Shown here piece by piece: positions 1 to 8,488 of a stretch of DNA of 57,794 nucleotides. Source of the stretch: Syntrophus sp. (in: bacteria) (GTDB lineage Bacteria; Desulfobacterota; Syntrophia; Syntrophales; UBA8958); contig JANXZC010000034.1 in assembly GCA_025355725.1 (NCBI GenBank), positions 1 to 57,794 on the forward strand, read 5' to 3'. Below the pieces are notes generated by a model. The model searched no databases. It saw only the letters and a program-made list of their open reading frames with translations, and was not told the origin of the DNA. Made by a program: the position numbers and the translations under genes. The first letter of the stretch is position 1. Each line of letters opens with the position of its first letter.

Positions 1-91
1 TTTGCACTTATTAGGCAAATTTTCAAACACAGCACCAGTGAACTCGCCCTACGTTCTCTGCACTGCTGCATGACTTTTTACGAGGGCATCA
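1..91. mobile_element. possible IS/MITE terminus at window edge
   Basis: GACTTTTTACGAGGGCATCA (72-91) resembles the terminal repeat of the element at 40644-40796. A + strand frame entering from the edge stops (TGA 71-73) right at it. Confidence 0.3.
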
Positions 92-139
92 TACTTGGTT
101 ATATCAAGGAAACTTGTCTTTTTTTTGTTACGGAGAGGG

Positions 140-285
140 AAAAAGGTCTTGCGATTAAAAAACATTAAGAGATACCCCCAGTTATTACAGCCACCATAGA
201 AATACCTGGCAAAATACCGATGTTGAAAACATATTGCCCAAAACAGGTCCTTACAGATAACCGCCCATAAGGCCTATTACCTCCC
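140..285 (-). pseudogene. decayed fragment of a TVP38/TMEM64 (VTT/DedA superfamily) gene
   Basis: Minus strand reads REVIGLMGGYL*GPVLGNMFST...FLIARPF, matching GEATGLIGGYLYGPILGTIYST...FIIARFF of the intact gene at 54563-55234. In-frame TAA at 251-253 plus frameshift(s). Confidence 0.75.
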
Positions 286-297
286 TATGTATTACAT

Positions 298-492
298 TCA
301 TTCTTTCTTATTCTCGTTCTTTTTGGCCTCCGTAAGCTCCCCCGGCTTCTCTTCCGGTTCAGCCATAGATCTTTTGAAATCCTTAATCGCTTTCCCCACG
401 GAGCTTCCCAGATCGGGAAGCTTGCCGGGACCGAAGACGATCAAGGCAATGACCAATACGATAACCAATTCCTGCATGCCTATTCCAAACAT
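298..492 (-). CDS. tatA: twin-arginine translocase TatA/TatE subunit (copy 1)
   Basis: MFGIGMQELVIVLVIALIVFGPGKLPDLGSSVGKAIKDFK: TM helix, FGP hinge, amphipathic helix. Start at ATG 492 with AAGGGGA RBS. Confidence 0.93.
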   Translation of the reverse strand: MFGIGMQELVIVLVIALIVFGPGKLPDLGSSVGKAIKDFKRSMAEPEEKPGELTEAKKNENKKE

Positions 493-514
493 ATATTCCC
501 CCTTGTTGTGACGA

Positions 515-880
515 TCAATGTTCCAGGGCTTCCACGATGGCCTTATCCAGCACATTCATATCAATAGGCTTCTTGATGTATTTTAAAACACCCTTCTTGA
601 TGGCTTCATCAATCGTATTTTCATCGTGAAAAGCCGTAATCATAATAACTTTCGCCTGATGATCCTGTTTCCTAAGTTCGTCGTAAACAAAAAACCCGCT
701 TACGTCGGGAAGGCGGATGTCAAGGATCACCAGTTCTGCTCGTGAGGCGGTATATTTGCTGATGCCCGCCCATCCATTGTCCGCGACTTCAACGTCATAA
801 CCTTCTTCAGTCAAATACATGTCAAGCGATTCACGGATGGAATCGTCATCGTCAATGATCAGAATCCTCGACATTGTCAC
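515..880 (-). CDS. single-domain response regulator (receiver only)
   Basis: ILIIDDD, LDIRLP (phospho-acceptor Asp), MITA, KP motifs; no output domain. Start may be ATG 874. Confidence 0.92.
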   Translation of the reverse strand: MTMSRILIIDDDDSIRESLDMYLTEEGYDVEVADNGWAGISKYTASRAELVILDIRLPDVSGFFVYDELRKQDHQAKVIMITAFHDENTIDEAIKKGVLKYIKKPIDMNVLDKAIVEALEH

Positions 881-894
881 CTCGTTTCATTTCT

Positions 895-937
895 TTAACA
901 GATAACCCTGGTATTACCAGGATCATGCAAAGGTTAA
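895..937 (-). promoter_or_regulatory. RNA hairpin between RAPP leader and response regulator
   Basis: mRNA AUGAUCCUGG-UAAUA-CCAGGGUUAU forms a 10-bp stem with two G-U pairs (only pairable on the minus strand), extended by UUAAC/GUUAA. Confidence 0.5.
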
Positions 938-971
938 TGGAGATAGACTATTTGGTTTTCCGCTAATTAAA

Positions 972-1298
972 CTAAAAAAAGGAGGGTGGAGCGCGAGTAT
1001 GAGACGGGCTTAGGTAAATGAGACTTACTTGCCACTTGATTTCTTCGAGGCAGGCTTGAGAGAAAGACAGTTGTTGTGAAAAATTATTTGCGTCTCTCCG
1101 GGCAGGATGAATAAACACCACCTTGACGCTGTGATCATCGGTATCAGCCTGACCGTTCCCACTTTGAATCATGGGAACACTGATATTTAAAGGCTGCCAG
1201 AATCCCGAAATGTCATCTATCCCCGTCAACAGGCATAAAATCATGATGCCAAGGCAGATTATCGGTTTTTGGGAAGAGATTTTTTTATGTATGGCCAT
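972..1298 (-). CDS. RAPP-motif leader protein, putative translation-arrest peptide (copy 1)
   Basis: 108 aa: basic N-terminus, hydrophobic segment, spacer, C-terminal HTRAPPSFF* (RAPP at 984-995). First ORF after a promoter. Confidence 0.7.
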   Translation of the reverse strand: MAIHKKISSQKPIICLGIMILCLLTGIDDISGFWQPLNISVPMIQSGNGQADTDDHSVKVVFIHPARRDANNFSQQLSFSQACLEEIKWQVSLIYLSPSHTRAPPSFF

Positions 1299-1341
1299 AA
1301 GGCGTCTTGCTCTCCGTCAAAGCCCTTAACTCTCAGGGCAG

Positions 1342-1370
1342 ACTATAAGGCGGACAACTTCCGAAGTCAA
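1342..1370 (-). promoter_or_regulatory. sigma70-type promoter for RAPP leader 1 unit
   Basis: TTGACT-N17-TATAGT on minus strand, ~45 nt upstream of ATG 1298. Confidence 0.7.
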
Positions 1371-1423
1371 TTAAAATGATGGGATACCTATCAATCAACT
1401 CGCGTGAATTGGTTGGACCAGAA

Positions 1424-3283
1424 TCACATCACCTGTTTTTCTCCAAATTCGCAGGACAGGACAAAAAAGTCCTCTTCCAGAGCAGTCTTGACGGCATAGG
1501 GAAGTTTCTTGAACAGGCGGATCATGGCGGCGTTACGGTGCGAGGTATAGGCCACCATGCCGGAATAACCATTCCCCATGGCCCCTTGGGCGAGTTTGGT
1601 CAAAATGACATGGGCAATCCCCTTGCCCTGCCAGTCTTTGGAGACGGAAAAAGCGACTTCCACCCGGTTCTGTGCCGGTTCGAGATTATATTCACCAACG
1701 GCGATCACCCTTTCCAGTCCCCCTTCCCCCGTGGCGGCAACAACAGTCATATTCTTGATGTAGTCCACCTGATACATGTCCGCCAGTTGTTCCTGATAGA
1801 AGGTCGAGCGCAACTGGAAGAATCTTGTTGCCACATCCTTGTCGTCCATGGTGTAGAAGTGTTCCTGGATGGGGCGGATATCGGTCGGTTTGACGGGACG
1901 GAAGGTAACCCGGACGCCGCCATATTCCCGGATTTCTTCCAGCCGGACGGGATAGACGCCGAAGAGGGATTCGTTCAGGGTGCGCTCCGGACTGATCAAA
2001 CCCAGTTCCCCGGCCTGCCGGAAAAGCTCTTCCCGAAAGGCGGGATGGGCGATGCTGATCAGGGCCATGGCCCGTTCTTGGAGACTTTTACCGAAGAGAT
2101 TGACCATGCCGTATTCCGTGATGACGTACTGAATATAGCTTTTCGATATGAACACCGCCCCGCAGTCCAGTTCGGGAACAATGTTGCTCTTCTTGCCGTC
2201 GGTTGTAGCGGCAGACAGGACGATTATTGATTTTCCCTCCGGGTTAGCCTGGGCGCCGATGACAAAATCGGCCATCCCGGTAACCCCGGAGAAATAATTC
2301 TCGGGCAGGGCATCAGCGGCAATCTGTCCGGTCAGATCTATGGCCGTGGCGGCATTTACAGAGGTCATCCGCTCCTGCCCAGCAATAATGATAGGGTTAT
2401 TTACATAGTCGGCAGGGTGAAATTCAATGGCGGGATGGTTATGGAGGAATCGGTACAATTCCTCCCCGCCGATGGCCGACTCCGCCACCAATTTTCCTTC
2501 GTGACTGCTCTTATAGCGATTCGTAACCACCCCTTCCTTCATGAGGTGCATGAATCCGTCCGTCATAAACTGGGTATGGACTCCCAGGTCACGCTTGTCC
2601 TTTAAGGCTCTGAGGATGGGGCCGTTATATTCACTCAGCCCCACATGAATCGTAGCGCCGTCCTCAATCAGGCAGGCCACCAGTTCGGCAATCTTCCGGG
2701 CCTCTTCCGTTTCCGGATGTTCCTGAACCGTCGGCAGCGGGGCGTCCCATTCCACAAACACATTTATGTCCCGGACATGGAGAAAGGTGTTCCCATTGAT
2801 GCGGGGCATCTGCGGGTTGACCTGGGCGATCACGAGATCCGCCGCCTGGGCTGCGGCTCTCGTGATATCGACGGATACCCCCAGGCTCATCCATCCGTAT
2901 TCATCGGGCGGGCTGACTTGAATTAGGGCGCAGTTGATCGGCAACTTCCGGGAACGAAAAAGTCGGGGGATGGAGGAAAAACCCATGGGGGTGAGAAAGC
3001 GGCGGATGCCTCTGAGCTGTTCCGTCCGTCCCGACCCCTGATAGATACTCCGGAAGGAAAAGATATGCTCCAGCTCCTGCCGATGCTTCGCCAAGTCGAT
3101 GGTTGCTTCCAATGCCAGGAGGCGGATAATCTCCAGATCGGAGAAGCGATCGCGGTTCTTAATGAGTGCTTCCACAAGATGGCGGGGCGAGCCGCAGGTG
3201 GAGCTAATGAAGACCCGCTGGCCGGAGTGGATCATGGCAATGGCTTCCTCTGCGGTCCTCAATTTTTGCCGGTATTCTTCCAT
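1424..3283 (-). CDS. acetyl-CoA hydrolase/transferase family protein with C-terminal GNAT domain
   Basis: QVSPPDEYGWMSLGVSVD, DLGVHT, IDLTGQ, YVITEYG, ALISIAHP (Cat2/ACH1-like). C-terminal EVAFSVSKDWQGKGIA acetyl-CoA-binding motif A. Confidence 0.9.
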   Translation of the reverse strand: MEEYRQKLRTAEEAIAMIHSGQRVFISSTCGSPRHLVEALIKNRDRFSDLEIIRLLALEATIDLAKHRQELEHIFSFRSIYQGSGRTEQLRGIRRFLTPMGFSSIPRLFRSRKLPINCALIQVSPPDEYGWMSLGVSVDITRAAAQAADLVIAQVNPQMPRINGNTFLHVRDINVFVEWDAPLPTVQEHPETEEARKIAELVACLIEDGATIHVGLSEYNGPILRALKDKRDLGVHTQFMTDGFMHLMKEGVVTNRYKSSHEGKLVAESAIGGEELYRFLHNHPAIEFHPADYVNNPIIIAGQERMTSVNAATAIDLTGQIAADALPENYFSGVTGMADFVIGAQANPEGKSIIVLSAATTDGKKSNIVPELDCGAVFISKSYIQYVITEYGMVNLFGKSLQERAMALISIAHPAFREELFRQAGELGLISPERTLNESLFGVYPVRLEEIREYGGVRVTFRPVKPTDIRPIQEHFYTMDDKDVATRFFQLRSTFYQEQLADMYQVDYIKNMTVVAATGEGGLERVIAVGEYNLEPAQNRVEVAFSVSKDWQGKGIAHVILTKLAQGAMGNGYSGMVAYTSHRNAAMIRLFKKLPYAVKTALEEDFFVLSCEFGEKQVM

Positions 3284-3402
3284 TGTTTAAAGCCTCCCTA
3301 TAATCGCTAACGGCGATATTGCACATAAAACATAATAATTCACCAACTTTTCTCCTGTTTTCTTTCCTTGTGCAGAAATGACAATCCATTGTATATTATT
3401 AT

Positions 3403-4853
3403 ATGGTTGACTATGCCCTGACCGACAAAAAAAGCCAGTTCGCCCTCATCGCCCTGGCCGGCTCCCTTGCGGGCGTGGCCAATCTCGATTATTCCCTGGT
3501 AAATATCTCCATCATTCCCATTTCTAAATACTTTAACGTTTCCACATCCTTAAGCGACTGGGTGCTGATCATCCTCGGTCTCATTTCCGTGGCCACCCCC
3601 GTGGGATTCGGAAAACTGGGGGATCTCAGGGGTTATCGGAACGTTTTGAATATCGGCCTGGTTATTTACGCCACCGGAAACATCATGTGCGCCTTCGCCC
3701 CCAGTATCCAGGTGCTGATTGCCTTTCATACCCTGAAGTCAGTAGGCTACGCTATGATTCTGCCCATGTCCCTCGCCATTACGACGGTTTTTCTCCCGGG
3801 CCGCATGATCGGTCTGGCCCTGGGTGTTGTCGCCGCCATGGCGGCCCTCGGTTTCGCCATGGGACTTGCCGTCGGCGGTTACGTCGCCCTGGCCTTCGGC
3901 TGGCAATACAATTTCCTGGTTTCCGTCCCCATTCTGGCTGCGGCGCTGCTTGCCTCCTTTATCATCGTCCCCTCCAGGCAGGCGGAGGCCCCCGACGCCC
4001 GTTTTGATCTGCCCGGCGCCGTCTGGCTCTTCTTGGCCCTGCTTCCTCTGATCTTTGCGCTGAATTCCGGCGCCAAAGCGGGATGGAGTAATCCGATCAT
4101 CCTGACGGCCTTTGTTATCTCCGCCGTCGGTTTCGTTTTGTTTTTCCGCCAGGAACAGCGCATATCTTACCCCCTCGTGGACCTGAACCTTTTTAAAAAA
4201 AGGAGGTTTTCCTATTCTGTCGCAGCGGTGGCCATGGTTTACTTTCTCATGGGAGGGGTAATGTTCCTCTTTCCTTTTTATCTCCTCCTCGTTCGCCACC
4301 TCGACATGTCCCAGGCCGGACTGGTCACCATGATTTTCCCCATCACGGCGGCCGTTGTGGCCCCTTTCGCCGGAAGCCTGGCCGACCGTTTCGGCTCCCA
4401 CCTCCTCTGTACGGCAGGCATGTTGATCGCTGCCGCCGGTAATATCCTTGTCGCTCTTCTGAGTGCTGATTCCGGCCTTGCCCATGTCATTGCCGCCCTG
4501 TGCCTGATGGGGGTGGGCATCGGCCTGTTTTTTGCGCCCAACAATAAACTGATCATGGCCCTTACCCCGAAGGAGAAACAGGGTATGGCATCCGGCATCT
4601 ACCGGATGACGACAAACGCCGGATCAGTCCTAGGCATCGTTTTTTTGTCCTCGTCGGCCAGCAGGTCATCTACATTGATTGCAGTCGGTGGTACATTGCC
4701 CCGTCCGCTTACAAACTGCACCCGGAGATCCTCATGCATGGCTTTCAGGTGGTTTTTATAATCGGAGCGGCATTGATGCTGGTGAACGCCTTCTTCGCAT
4801 TTCAGGCCAAAGATGTTGCCAAAGACGCTGTCGAACCGGCCCCTGCCCTATGA
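3403..4853 (+). pseudogene. DHA2-type (14-TMS) MFS transporter, frameshifted near the 3' end
   Basis: GKLGDLRGYR and GSLADRFG motif A. The ORF goes out of frame at the T7 run 4640-4646. One extra T restores FFVLVGQQ...HGFQVVFIIGAALMLVNAFFAF...* ending at 4853. Confidence 0.75.
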
Positions 4854-4890
4854 GAACAAAAGTTTTATCATTTATGGAGGTACTTAATAG

Positions 4891-6888
4891 ATGGAAAATG
4901 CTACACACCCAATGCTGGCGCTTCAGGCAGCCATCAAACAGCGGACGGGCAAGATCGTCTCCTCCAGTGAGGCGGTCCGGATTATCCTAAATGGCGACAC
5001 TATCGCCTTCAGCGGCTTTCTCGGCGCCGTCTTTGCCGAAGAGATCGCCCGGAAAATCGAGGAATCTTATCTTAAATGTGGAAATCCGAGGGATTTGACC
5101 CTCGTCTATGCTGCGGGAATCGGCGACGGCAAAGAAAAGGGCGTCAACATCCTGGCCCACGAAGGGCTGCTGAAGAAGGTCGTCTGCGGTCATGTCGGTC
5201 TGGCCCCGAAGCTTCAGAAGCTCATCCGGGAGAACAAGATTCTGGCCTATAACCTTCCCCAAGGGGTGATCAACCACCTCACCCGGGACATCGCTGCCCA
5301 CAAGCCAGGAACGCTTTCTTTCGTCGGGTTGGGAACCTTCATAGATCCCCGTCTGGACGGGGGGAAACTCAATGACCTGACAAAAGCGGAGGGGGAAGAT
5401 CATGTCCAGCTTATGAGCGTAGAGGGGAAGGAATGCCTGTTCTACAAGGCCTTCCCTATTAACGTGGCCGTGATCAGGGGTACCACTGCCGATCCTGACG
5501 GCAACATCACCATGGAAAAGGAGGCTCTGACTCTGGAGACCCTATCTTTGGCCATGGCCGCCAAGAATTCCGGGGGTTTTGTCATCGCCCAGGTGGAACG
5601 CATCGCCGACCGGGGAACCCTCAACGCCCGGCAGGTAAAGATACCAGGGATATTCGTGGACTGCATTGTCGTCGCCAGACCAGAATATCATTGGCAGACC
5701 AACATCGAGGTCTATAATCCCGCCTACAGCAGCGAAATCCGCATCCCCATGCGGTCCATTGCCCCTATGGAGATGAGCGAGCGGAAAATCATCGCCCGGC
5801 GCGCCGCCTTCGAACTCCGTCCCAACAGCGTTGTGAACCTCGGCATCGGCATGCCCGAGGGGGTTGCTCAGGTAGCCAACGAAGAGAAGCTCATCGAGTA
5901 TCTGACCCTGACCGCCGAGCCGGGCGTGATCGGTGGGATGCCCAACAGCGGCCCCAATTTCGGCACGGCGGTAAATATCGACGCCCTCATCGACCAGCCA
6001 TATCAGTTCGATTTCTACGATGGCGGCGGTCTGGATATGGCATTTCTCGGCATGGCCCAGGCGGACCGCGAAGGAAACATCAACGTCAGCCGCTACGGCC
6101 CCCGCTTCGTCGGTCCCGGCGGCTTCATCGACATCAGCCAGAACTCGAAAAAGGTAATTTTTACCGGGACATTTACGGCCGGGGGGCTTAATGTCGGCGT
6201 CGAGGACGGAAAGCTGCGCATCCTCAGCGAGGGAAAGGAACGGAAATTTATCCAAGCGGTAGAACAGAAAACCTACAGCGGGGCTTACGGGGCGAAGAGC
6301 GGCCGACCGGTCCTGTATGTGACGGAACGATGCGTCTTTCGCCTCACCACGGAAGGGATGGAACTCACCGAGATCGCTCCGGGGGTTGACCTGGAGAAAG
6401 ACATCCTCGCCCTGATGGACTTCACGCCGGTGATGAAGGAGGAACCCCGTCTTATGGACGCTCGCATCTTCCGTCCCGAACCGATGAATCTGAAGGACGA
6501 TCTTCTGTCGGTGCCCTTGGAGGAACGCTTTACCTATAATCCCGAAGAGAACATCTTCTTTGTCAATTTCGAGAACTTCTTTGTCCGTTCCCGGGGGGAC
6601 ATCGAAAAGATCAGAGACACGGCGGAAAAGATCCTCGTCCCCATCGGCAAAAAGGTCTTTACTATCGTCAATTACGATAATTTCAACATCCTGCCGGAGT
6701 TAGTGGACGAATACGCCGATATGGTAAAGTATATCATGGGCTACTACGAGAAGACGACCCGCTACACGACGAGCACGTTCCTTAGGATGAAGCTGGGCGA
6801 CGAGCTCCAGGAACGGGGGGTGGCGCCCCACATCTGTGAAAACAGGGATGAAGCCCGGCGGAAATTACTCTTTGAGATGGATGGATAA
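4891..6888 (+). CDS. acyl-CoA:acetate CoA-transferase (propionate CoA-transferase/YdiF type) with extra C-terminal domain
   Basis: YNLPQG, RGTTADPDGN, VNLGIGMPEG, AEPGVIGG (catalytic Glu), QFDFYDGGGLD, GPGGFIDISQ, TERCVF. About 125 extra aa follow. Confidence 0.9.
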   Translation: MENATHPMLALQAAIKQRTGKIVSSSEAVRIILNGDTIAFSGFLGAVFAEEIARKIEESYLKCGNPRDLTLVYAAGIGDGKEKGVNILAHEGLLKKVVCGHVGLAPKLQKLIRENKILAYNLPQGVINHLTRDIAAHKPGTLSFVGLGTFIDPRLDGGKLNDLTKAEGEDHVQLMSVEGKECLFYKAFPINVAVIRGTTADPDGNITMEKEALTLETLSLAMAAKNSGGFVIAQVERIADRGTLNARQVKIPGIFVDCIVVARPEYHWQTNIEVYNPAYSSEIRIPMRSIAPMEMSERKIIARRAAFELRPNSVVNLGIGMPEGVAQVANEEKLIEYLTLTAEPGVIGGMPNSGPNFGTAVNIDALIDQPYQFDFYDGGGLDMAFLGMAQADREGNINVSRYGPRFVGPGGFIDISQNSKKVIFTGTFTAGGLNVGVEDGKLRILSEGKERKFIQAVEQKTYSGAYGAKSGRPVLYVTERCVFRLTTEGMELTEIAPGVDLEKDILALMDFTPVMKEEPRLMDARIFRPEPMNLKDDLLSVPLEERFTYNPEENIFFVNFENFFVRSRGDIEKIRDTAEKILVPIGKKVFTIVNYDNFNILPELVDEYADMVKYIMGYYEKTTRYTTSTFLRMKLGDELQERGVAPHICENRDEARRKLLFEMDG

Positions 6889-6902
6889 GGATGACTGATG
6901 AG

Positions 6903-6925
6903 GCGGGAGAACACTGTTTCCCCGC
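6903..6925. terminator. GC-rich hairpin after CoA-transferase
   Basis: GCGGGAGAACA..TGTTTCCCCGC imperfect stem followed by an A-rich run. Confidence 0.4.
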
Positions 6926-7073
6926 TCCATAAAAAAAAATGAATTTTCCCCTTGAAGGTTGGATAATTAACTGGTATTAAATTCCGGAAAGAAAGTTGCG
7001 GCAGGCCGGACGGTGATCGAAAGGGATAATTCAAGGAAGTTTGAAATTTCATACCAATAAGGAGGATACGTTT

Positions 7074-8201
7074 ATGAAAAGTAGTGGGTTACGGCTTTTA
7101 TTAGTGGTTTTTCTGTGTTTGCTCTTTGCAGGTTGTGCGACAAAAAAGGCGGCTTTTTCGCCCGACACTCTCGATGGGCAAGTGAAAGCAGGTAAATTAA
7201 TACAGAAAACAGAGAATTTTGTTGTCCTCTTTGATAAGTCTTCCTCCATGGACGACCCCTATGGCAAATCAACGGAGCTGGCTTTGGCAAGAGAAGTGAC
7301 CCAGAGAATGATCCAGACGATTCCGGATATCAAGCTGACCGCGGGACTCCGGGATTTCTATAACGATAAGACAACGCTTCTCTACGGGATGGCCCCCTTT
7401 GACAAAACAGCTTTTGTCAAAGGCATGGAAACCCTGCAATGGGGCAGCGGTCCGACCCCGATGGAGAAGGCTATTGACGGGGCCGCAATCGACCTCCAAG
7501 GAAAAACGGGAAATTCGGCTGTAATTATTGTCAGCGATTTCGAGAATATACCGGGCGTTGACGACCTTCAGCCCGCAAAGGTAATTCCCTCCGTAGCCAG
7601 ATTAAAGGCGCAGTATGGCGACAGGGTCTGCATCTACACCATCCAGGTAGGCAAGTACCCGAGGGCGAAAGAAATGACCGACGCGATCAGGCAGGAGGCC
7701 AAGTGCGGCGCCGATGTTAACGCCGATGATTTAGCTACTCAGGCGGCCATGGATGCATTTGTGGCAAAGATATTCCTCACAACCCCGCAGCCGGCAGCCG
7801 CCGCGCCGGTCGTAGAGCAGGTACAAGAAGCAAAAGCGGAAGCAGCGGCCCCGGCAGTGGCTCTGGAACTGGCAAATATCCACTTTGATTTTGACAAATC
7901 CGCAATCAGAACCCCGGATAGAGAAATCCTGAAAGGTCATGCCGACTGGCTTATGAAGAATAAGGATTATTCGCTGACCGTTGAGGGTTATTGCGACGAA
8001 AGAGGCACTTCGGAATACAACTTGGCCCTGGGAGAAAGACGGGCCATGGAAGCCAAGAAGTATCTCGTCGGGCTTGGTATTGACGAAAAAACAATCAAAA
8101 CCATCACTTATGGTTCAGAACGGCCCCTTGATCCGGGACACAACGAGGCAGCCTGGGCCAAGAACCGGCGGGCACAGTTTGTCCCGGCCCAGAACAAATG
8201 A
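7074..8201 (+). CDS. lipoprotein with VWA-like domain and C-terminal OmpA/Pal peptidoglycan-binding domain
   Basis: Lipobox FAGC; MIDAS-like FDKSSSM...IIVSD; IHFDFDKS, EGYCDERGTSEYNLALGERRA, KNRRA. GGAGG RBS before ATG 7074. Confidence 0.85.
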   Translation: MKSSGLRLLLVVFLCLLFAGCATKKAAFSPDTLDGQVKAGKLIQKTENFVVLFDKSSSMDDPYGKSTELALAREVTQRMIQTIPDIKLTAGLRDFYNDKTTLLYGMAPFDKTAFVKGMETLQWGSGPTPMEKAIDGAAIDLQGKTGNSAVIIVSDFENIPGVDDLQPAKVIPSVARLKAQYGDRVCIYTIQVGKYPRAKEMTDAIRQEAKCGADVNADDLATQAAMDAFVAKIFLTTPQPAAAAPVVEQVQEAKAEAAAPAVALELANIHFDFDKSAIRTPDREILKGHADWLMKNKDYSLTVEGYCDERGTSEYNLALGERRAMEAKKYLVGLGIDEKTIKTITYGSERPLDPGHNEAAWAKNRRAQFVPAQNK

Positions 8202-8230
8202 TTTTGCATCTGTAATTCATTGATCATGGC

Positions 8231-8331
8231 GGCGGAGCTTTTAAAGCTCCGCCAATAGATCAGTGACAGACGAAGACGTCGTTATTTATCGGCCGCCTCT
8301 CTGAGTAGAATTACTACCCGGAGAGGCGGCC
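8231..8331. terminator. two hairpins between convergent genes
   Basis: GGCGGAGCTT-TT-AAAGCTCCGCC (8231-8253) and GGCCGCCTCTC..GAGAGGCGGCC plus T-rich tail (8291-8331). Confidence 0.6.
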
Positions 8332-8361
8332 TTGTTTTTACTGACAAGCTTCTAATCTAAG

Positions 8362-8482
8362 TCCGATTCTAAATCAAAGATGATATCAAGGCGGCGAGAA
8401 AGAGGCGACGAAGGCGTATTGTTCATACGTCGAGGAGCCGATGACGAAGCCAACGAAGATAGCGCTTTGATTTATAATCGGA
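8362..8482. repeat. MITE-like element with 18-bp terminal inverted repeats
   Basis: TCCGATTCTAAATCAAAG (8362-8379) versus CTTTGATTTATAATCGGA (8465-8482), one mismatch; 121 bp with no convincing ORF. Confidence 0.65.
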
Positions 8483-8488
8483 ATAAGT

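Noticed and set aside
972-1298. Idea that the RAPP leaders are Tat substrates or copper-sensing CutF/CruR(DUF2946) proteins
   Set aside because: Neither leader has an N-terminal S/T-R-R-x-F-L-K motif or CxxC, and no copper or TonB-receptor genes follow.
1376-2230. 284-aa + strand ORF, and similar long antisense ORFs (10736-12130, 12520-13737, 14267-15862, 19842-20783, 44998-46029, 47990-48994)
   Set aside because: Shadow ORFs opposite well-supported GC-rich genes; no recognisable motifs.
4679-4990. 103-aa ORF between the MFS and CoA-transferase genes
   Set aside because: Region is explained by the frameshifted MFS C-terminus in another frame.
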